Origin: Akkermansia muciniphila ATCC BAA-835 | GTDB taxonomy: Bacteria; Verrucomicrobiota; Verrucomicrobiia; Verrucomicrobiales; Akkermansiaceae | DNA: 32,000 bases | Assembly: GCF_000020225.1 (NCBI RefSeq) | Contig: NC_010655.1 | Coordinates: forward strand, 270,001-302,000 | Reading direction: 5' to 3' | In this document: piece by piece, positions 27,779-32,000 of the stretch | Layout: the number at the start of each line of letters is the position of its first letter | How positions within the stretch are numbered: the first letter of the stretch is position 1 | Program-made: the position numbers and the translations under genes | Notes under the pieces: model-generated | Seen by the model: only the letters and a program-made list of their open reading frames with translations | What the model was told of the DNA's origin: nothing | Databases searched by the model: none

Positions 27779-27815
27779 TAAAATGAACAGGACAGGAAAT
27801 TCCCGCCCTGTTCAT
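27779..27815 (-). terminator. rho-independent terminator after tatA
   Basis: Minus strand: stem ATGAACAGG / CCTGTTCAT (27807-27815 pairs with 27783-27791), 15-nt loop, then TTTTA. The T-tract is short. Confidence 0.45.
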
Positions 27816-27837
27816 AATGCCGTTCAATTACAAAAAA

Positions 27838-28137
27838 TTACTTGTCCTCCGGTTTGGAGTCCGCTGTCTTCTCCACCTCCACGTCAATGGGCTGGGAAAG
27901 CTCGGGAGAAGGCCGGACCTCCGTTTTGGAGGCGGAAGCATCACTCATGGTCTCCTTCTCGGTCTTCAGCAGTTCTTCTTCAAATTCAGATTTGGCCTTC
28001 TTGAATTCTCCCAGGCTCTTGCCCAATCCGCGGGCAAATTCCGGAAGTTTCTTTGCGCCGAACAAAAGGAAAACAATCACCAGAATGGCGATAATCTCCG
28101 GTGTTCCCAGTCCAAAAATAGCTAACATGTTCATCAT
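27838..28137 (-). CDS. tatA: twin-arginine translocase subunit TatA/E
   Basis: [41 protein letters not shown] is the canonical TatA TM plus amphipathic helix. The C-terminal tail is acidic. Alternative ATGs lie at 28128-28137. Confidence 0.85.
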   Translation of the reverse strand: MMNMLAIFGLGTPEIIAILVIVFLLFGAKKLPEFARGLGKSLGEFKKAKSEFEEELLKTEKETMSDASASKTEVRPSPELSQPIDVEVEKTADSKPEDK

Positions 28138-28194
28138 GGAGTACTACAGTATTTTTAACAGATTTTTTTCATGCCGGATACCTCATAATACGCT

Positions 28195-29637
28195 TCATGC
28201 GTCATCAGAGGCCTCCCGTTCCTGTTTCTGCTGTTCCGCAAGCCTTCTGGCGGCAAAACGCTGAAAACGCCAGACAATAATAAATATTGCCAGCAAAAAG
28301 ATGCCTGAGCCGCCCCACAACAGCCAAAAAGCGGCGGAAGCCGCCTTTTCATCCCCCATTTCTCCAGCCTGGTTCCAATAATAATAGGATAAAACCGGAT
28401 TCCAGGGCAGTGAACTGTCCGGCAGAAGATGGAGACGCGCCATGCGGTTCATGGCCGGCAAATAGGCAGCCTGGGCGGATGCTTTCATCAGGGAATCTCC
28501 CTGAGCCTCATCACCCCGTGTATAATATACCTGGGCCAGCATGTACATGGCCTTGGGATCCCCTGTAGCATCCGCCACACGCCGCAGCAGCCTGTAGGCC
28601 TCATCCGCATCCAGTTCCCCGCCCTTCCCGTTCTGGAGCAGCTCCGCGGCCTTTAGTGCCGCAGGGAAATAACCGGCGGCGGCAGCCTCACGATACAGAG
28701 CCAGGGCCCGGGCCGCCTGTTCTGCGGAAGGAGTTCCCTCCAGCAGCATATCCGCCAGGGCAGCCATGCTGTACGGATCCTTCCATTCCGCCCCTTTTTC
28801 AAACCAATGGAAGGCCTTTTCCCGGTCAGGGGGCAAATACTTGCCGTCCCGGAACATTATGCCCAGTTCCATCACGGCTCCCAAATCTTTACGGGAGGCC
28901 GCTTTCTCAAACCATTCTACGGCCTTGGCCGCATCCTGCGGCACTCCCAGCCCATCCCGGTACTTAAATGCCAGAAGGCCTTGTGCTGTCAGGTTGCCGC
29001 TTTCCGCTGCCTGAAGAAGATATGGGACTGACTTTTCCGGAGAACTGTCCGGAACCAGCTTTCGTTCATAAACAAGGGCAGCCCATAACGCCGCCTTGGA
29101 ATCACCGTCATCCGCCTCTTTCTTCCACGTCTGGAGAGATTTTTTATAATAAAGGGCTGCCGTTGCTTCATCCTTCGGTCCTCCTGCTCCCTGGGAAGCC
29201 ATTACAGCCACCTGGTACTGTGCCGCGGCATTACCGCTGTCAGCAGCCCGGGTAAACCAGTACCGGGCCCTTTCCAGGTTCTTTGGGTACAGGCGGCTGC
29301 CTGTATAAAACAGCTTGCCCAAATCCAGCATGGAATCCACATCTCCGTTATTGGCCCTTTTCTCTGCCAAGGAAACATACTCGGACATCCATTTGGACGT
29401 TTCCGCAGCATTACCCTCCACGTCATAATGCACAGACAGCTCCCGGGCGGCAGCTGGATCCCCATTCAGAGCTCTTTCGCGGAGACCGGACAAGTAAGCC
29501 TCAAAATTTCCCTCCCCGGCAGGCTCCGGAGAGGAAATATTCTGAGAAGCAAGAAGTGGATGCTGAACGAGGGACAGTCCCCACAATCCGGCAAAAAGCC
29601 ACCATCTGCAATGTTTCTTCATACCGGAACAAGTCAT
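28195..29637 (-). CDS. Sel1-repeat protein with an N-terminal signal peptide and a C-terminal TM anchor
   Basis: Signal-like N-terminus (WWLFAGLWGLSLVQHPLLASQ). About 9 Sel1-type repeats (A..W..KAA..G...A...L). C-terminal hydrophobic helix GIFLLAIFIIVWRF followed by a charged tail. Confidence 0.8.
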   Translation of the reverse strand: MTCSGMKKHCRWWLFAGLWGLSLVQHPLLASQNISSPEPAGEGNFEAYLSGLRERALNGDPAAARELSVHYDVEGNAAETSKWMSEYVSLAEKRANNGDVDSMLDLGKLFYTGSRLYPKNLERARYWFTRAADSGNAAAQYQVAVMASQGAGGPKDEATAALYYKKSLQTWKKEADDGDSKAALWAALVYERKLVPDSSPEKSVPYLLQAAESGNLTAQGLLAFKYRDGLGVPQDAAKAVEWFEKAASRKDLGAVMELGIMFRDGKYLPPDREKAFHWFEKGAEWKDPYSMAALADMLLEGTPSAEQAARALALYREAAAAGYFPAALKAAELLQNGKGGELDADEAYRLLRRVADATGDPKAMYMLAQVYYTRGDEAQGDSLMKASAQAAYLPAMNRMARLHLLPDSSLPWNPVLSYYYWNQAGEMGDEKAASAAFWLLWGGSGIFLLAIFIIVWRFQRFAARRLAEQQKQEREASDDA

Positions 29638-29640
29638 TCA

Positions 29641-31044
29641 TTAATGGCCCCTGTTTCCGCGGGAAAAACTGCTGGAGGACCTGCCTCCAAAGCCCGGCTT
29701 ACGAAACCCGCCTTCACGCCTCTGAAAACCTCCTCCGCGGCGGTCTCTCCCAAAACCGCCTTCACGGCGTTGGAACCCTCCTTCACGACGGTTTTCCCTG
29801 AAACCTCTCTCCTGATGCTGGAAACCTCCTTCGCGGCGGTCTCTCCCAAAACCGCCTTCACGGCGTTGGAATCCTCCTTCACGACGGTTTTCCCTGAAAC
29901 CTCCCTCCTGATGCTGAAAACCTCCTTCGCGGCGGTCTCTTCCAAAGCCGCCTTCACGGCGTTGGAACCCTCCTTTACGTCGCTCTTCTTTGAAACCGGC
30001 CTCGCGGCGCAGGGCCCCATCCCCGCGGCGGCCGCGGAAGCCATCTCCACGACGATGAAAATCTCCGCGGCGGTCACGGGAACGGAAGCCGGAATCTCCC
30101 CGGAAATATCCATCTTCCTTGACTTCACGTTCATCCTCCGTCTCCACAAAACGAGTCTTCATTTCCGGAGTAGGTTCATAAGAATCGCCAGCTTCAAAAT
30201 CTTCCGGATTAAACACATAATCCTCATCGGAATCAACGCCTCTTCCGCCCTGCTCACCCTTGGCGCCCCCCCCGGCGACAAGCTGGGAAGCACCCAGGTA
30301 TTTACGCTGGCGGGGAGGATTTTTCAGTGACAGAGCCACGTCCGCATCATCCAGGAATTTCCAGCCCCCGGGTTCCAAGTCCCCTCCCCACAGGGAGCCG
30401 ATGCGCACGCGCACCAACTTGCGGACACGAAGGCCCAGGCACTGGAACATTTGACGCACCTGACGCTTCAACCCCTGTTCCAAAACAATGCAGGCACGGC
30501 GCGCGGAAGCGCGGCAAACATATTTGGCCTTGGCATTTCCCTCCGGAATGCGTACTCCGCGCAAAAACTGCATCAGTACGGAATTATCAAAATTCTGATC
30601 TACCGTCACCCAGTACTCCTTTTCTATGCCGCCGGTAGGATGGGAAAGAACCTGGGTCAATTCCCCCTTATTCGTCATAATCAGAAGACCTTCGGAATCG
30701 GCATCCAGCCGTCCCACATAATTCAGATGGCGCAGGCGCGGCGGCAGCAGGTCGTAAACAGTACCTATGGCTCCCTGCGCTTCGCGGCTGCACACATACC
30801 CGCGGGGCTTGTTCAACAGCACCACAACCTCTTCCATAGGGGTCATATGGCGGCCGTCCACCTTCACGAAATCCTTCTCCGTCACCCTCATCCCAGGCGT
30901 ATCGATAACCTTCCCGTTCACTTCCACACGTCCTTCCCCAATCAGCCTGTCGGCCACCCGGCGGGAGTCAATGCCGCAGGAAGCCAGGAATTTATTAATG
31001 CGGATACCTCCGTTTTCTTCGGAGCCATGTTGTTCTTCACTCAT
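29641..31044 (-). CDS. rluB: 23S rRNA pseudouridine synthase (RluB/RsuA family) with a long repetitive C-terminal tail
   Basis: N-terminal S4 domain (IRINKFLASCGIDSRRVADRLIGEGRVEVNGK). Catalytic block HLNYVGRLDADSEGLLIMTNKGEL (the Asp of GRLD). The core of roughly 245 aa is followed by a tail of roughly 220 aa. Confidence 0.85.
   Translation of the reverse strand: MSEEQHGSEENGGIRINKFLASCGIDSRRVADRLIGEGRVEVNGKVIDTPGMRVTEKDFVKVDGRHMTPMEEVVVLLNKPRGYVCSREAQGAIGTVYDLLPPRLRHLNYVGRLDADSEGLLIMTNKGELTQVLSHPTGGIEKEYWVTVDQNFDNSVLMQFLRGVRIPEGNAKAKYVCRASARRACIVLEQGLKRQVRQMFQCLGLRVRKLVRVRIGSLWGGDLEPGGWKFLDDADVALSLKNPPRQRKYLGASQLVAGGGAKGEQGGRGVDSDEDYVFNPEDFEAGDSYEPTPEMKTRFVETEDEREVKEDGYFRGDSGFRSRDRRGDFHRRGDGFRGRRGDGALRREAGFKEERRKGGFQRREGGFGRDRREGGFQHQEGGFRENRREGGFQRREGGFGRDRREGGFQHQERGFRENRREGGFQRREGGFGRDRRGGGFQRREGGFRKPGFGGRSSSSFSRGNRGH
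29704..29990 (-). repeat. in-frame tandem repeat, 96-nt period (built from 48-nt sub-repeats), about 3 copies, inside the rluB tail
   Basis: The string CCGCCTTCACGGCGTTGGA recurs starting at 29756, 29852 and 29948 (96-nt spacing). It encodes GFQRREGGFGRDRREGGFQHQEGGFRENRREG three times. Confidence 0.85.
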
Positions 31045-31139
31045 ATTGGTATAATGTCCGCTATCTCAGCGGATGATTTTGTATTGTTTATATTACGGCA
31101 ATTCACATCCTCAAAAAGAGGAGGCTTTCTTTTGCCGGA

Positions 31140-31178
31140 AGAAAAAAGCCTCTCGGTTCATAGACATCCGAGAGGCTT
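31140..31178 (-). terminator. rho-independent terminator after the small basic protein gene
   Basis: Minus strand: stem AGCCTCTCGG / CCGAGAGGCT (10 bp perfect), 11-nt loop, followed by TTTTTTC. Confidence 0.6.
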
Positions 31179-31247
31179 CCTGTATTAGGAAAATGACTTG
31201 CCGTGCAAACTCCGCCGGGAAACTCTCCGGAGAGGATAAAGACAAGC

Positions 31248-31403
31248 TTAAGCTTCATGCTTGGTCTTCGGCAGGCCGAGAGGGCTTTGGCCCTTCTTCC
31301 ATTCGCCGCGTTCCTTCAGAAGCTTGACACGTTCAAAACGCTTCAGGACGGAACGCTTGCCGCCTACGGTACCGGTTGCTTTGAGGCTGGAATGTTTGGA
31401 CAT
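31248..31403 (-). CDS. small basic protein (50 aa)
   Basis: Hand translation from ATG 31403 to TAA 31248-31250: MSKHSSLKATGTVGGKRSVLKRFERVKLLKERGEWKKGQSPLGLPKTKHEA. It is flanked by a sigma70-like promoter and a strong terminator. It is below the size cut-off of the ORF track. It resembles the 'small basic protein' family I recall from PVC-group bacteria (unverified). Confidence 0.6.
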   Translation of the reverse strand: MSKHSSLKATGTVGGKRSVLKRFERVKLLKERGEWKKGQSPLGLPKTKHEA

Positions 31404-31467
31404 GATCTTGTGTTTGTAAAAGGTTCAGAAAAATACTTTACACCACCCTTTCAGTGGCAGGCGGGAT

Positions 31468-31496
31468 TTTATAACGGAAGGTTCCGAACTTGGCAA
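31468..31496 (-). promoter_or_regulatory. putative sigma70-type promoter for the small basic protein gene
   Basis: Minus strand: TTGCCA, 17-nt spacer, TATAAA. It lies about 65 nt upstream of ATG 31403. Confidence 0.4.
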
Positions 31497-31524
31497 GAGA
31501 AATTTGGCGCAATAGCCAAATATA

Positions 31525-32000
31525 TCACTCTGTGGCATCCCCCGGATGCGATTCCAGCCACTTCCTCCACAAATCCGGACGGTTCAGGCGCGTACGCTCC
31601 AGAGACTTCCCGTGCTTCCATTTTTCAATGGCGGGGTGATTGCCGCCCAGCAAAATCTCCGGAACAGCCAGGCCCCGGAACACGTTCGGCTTAGTATAGG
31701 CGGGAGCCTCCAGCAAACCGTTGGAAAAAGATTCCTCCACGGAAGAACGCTCATCCCCCAGCACGCCGGGAATCAGGCGCGCTACGGCGTCAATTACCAC
31801 CACAGAGGCAATGGCCCCGTTCGTGAGAATATAGTCCCCGATGGACAATTCCATATCCACCAGCTCTTCTACTACACGATGGTCCACCCCCTCATAATGA
31901 CCGCAGAGGATAATGAGATGGCCTCCGGAGGCAGCCAATTCCGCGGCCAATGACTGGTTGAACGTACGGCCCTGAGGAGTCATCAGCACAACGCGGGTTT
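31525..32000 (-). CDS. trmD: tRNA (guanine37-N1)-methyltransferase, C-terminal part (gene continues past the right edge)
   Basis: LIILCGHYEGVDHRVVEELVDMELSIGDYILTNGAIASVVVIDAVARLIPGVLG...PAYTKP...VPEILLGGNHPAIEKWK matches the conserved TrmD SPOUT-knot region. The track start at 31989 is a GTG inside the gene, and the frame stays open to the window end. Confidence 0.9.
   Translation of the reverse strand, partial: TRVVLMTPQGRTFNQSLAAELAASGGHLIILCGHYEGVDHRVVEELVDMELSIGDYILTNGAIASVVVIDAVARLIPGVLGDERSSVEESFSNGLLEAPAYTKPNVFRGLAVPEILLGGNHPAIEKWKHGKSLERTRLNRPDLWRKWLESHPGDATE

Noticed and set aside
29704-29990. Possible CRISPR-like or non-coding tandem repeat array.
   Set aside because: The 96-nt repeats are contiguous with no spacers. 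They are in frame within the rluB ORF and encode a repeated RGG/GGF peptide.

Overview
This is a moderately GC-rich bacterial chromosomal segment, densely coded on both strands. The gene content and style suggest Verrucomicrobiota, possibly Akkermansia-like, but that is my guess and is not verified. Most genes are housekeeping or envelope functions: a Ca2+-type P-type ATPase, an RND efflux pair (adaptor plus pump), a DASS/SLC13 permease, ThiD, an OprO/P-like porin, an SDR, peptide deformylase, threonine dehydrogenase, a GT35 alpha-glucan phosphorylase homologue, a Kv-like K+ channel with an ArsC/Spx-family gene, a beta-CASP MBL hydrolase, TatA, RluB, partial TrmD, and a tRNA cluster (two Lys-CTT, one Thr-CGT). 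I found no CRISPR array, integrase, transposase, phage genes or multi-gene defence operon. The only defence-type gene is a solitary gamma-class N6-adenine DNA methyltransferase (14763-16826) beside the tRNA cluster, with no recognisable nuclease partner. Other points worth a second look:
- The phosphorylase homologue has Ser where I recall the PLP-binding Lys.
- RluB carries a roughly 220-aa acidic plus RGG/GGF tandem-repeat tail, with a G8 tract at the start of the tail.
- A small Lys/Ala-rich histone-H1-like protein is encoded at 9411-9683.
- A 50-codon small basic protein gene is missing from the ORF track.
- Two Sel1-repeat envelope proteins are present.
- Several homopolymer tracts sit at functionally sensitive positions.
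- About 445 nt of non-coding sequence with inverted repeats lies upstream of the beta-CASP gene.
None of these amounts to a demonstrated new system, and the interest scores reflect that. Many long ORFs in the track are antisense shadow ORFs.
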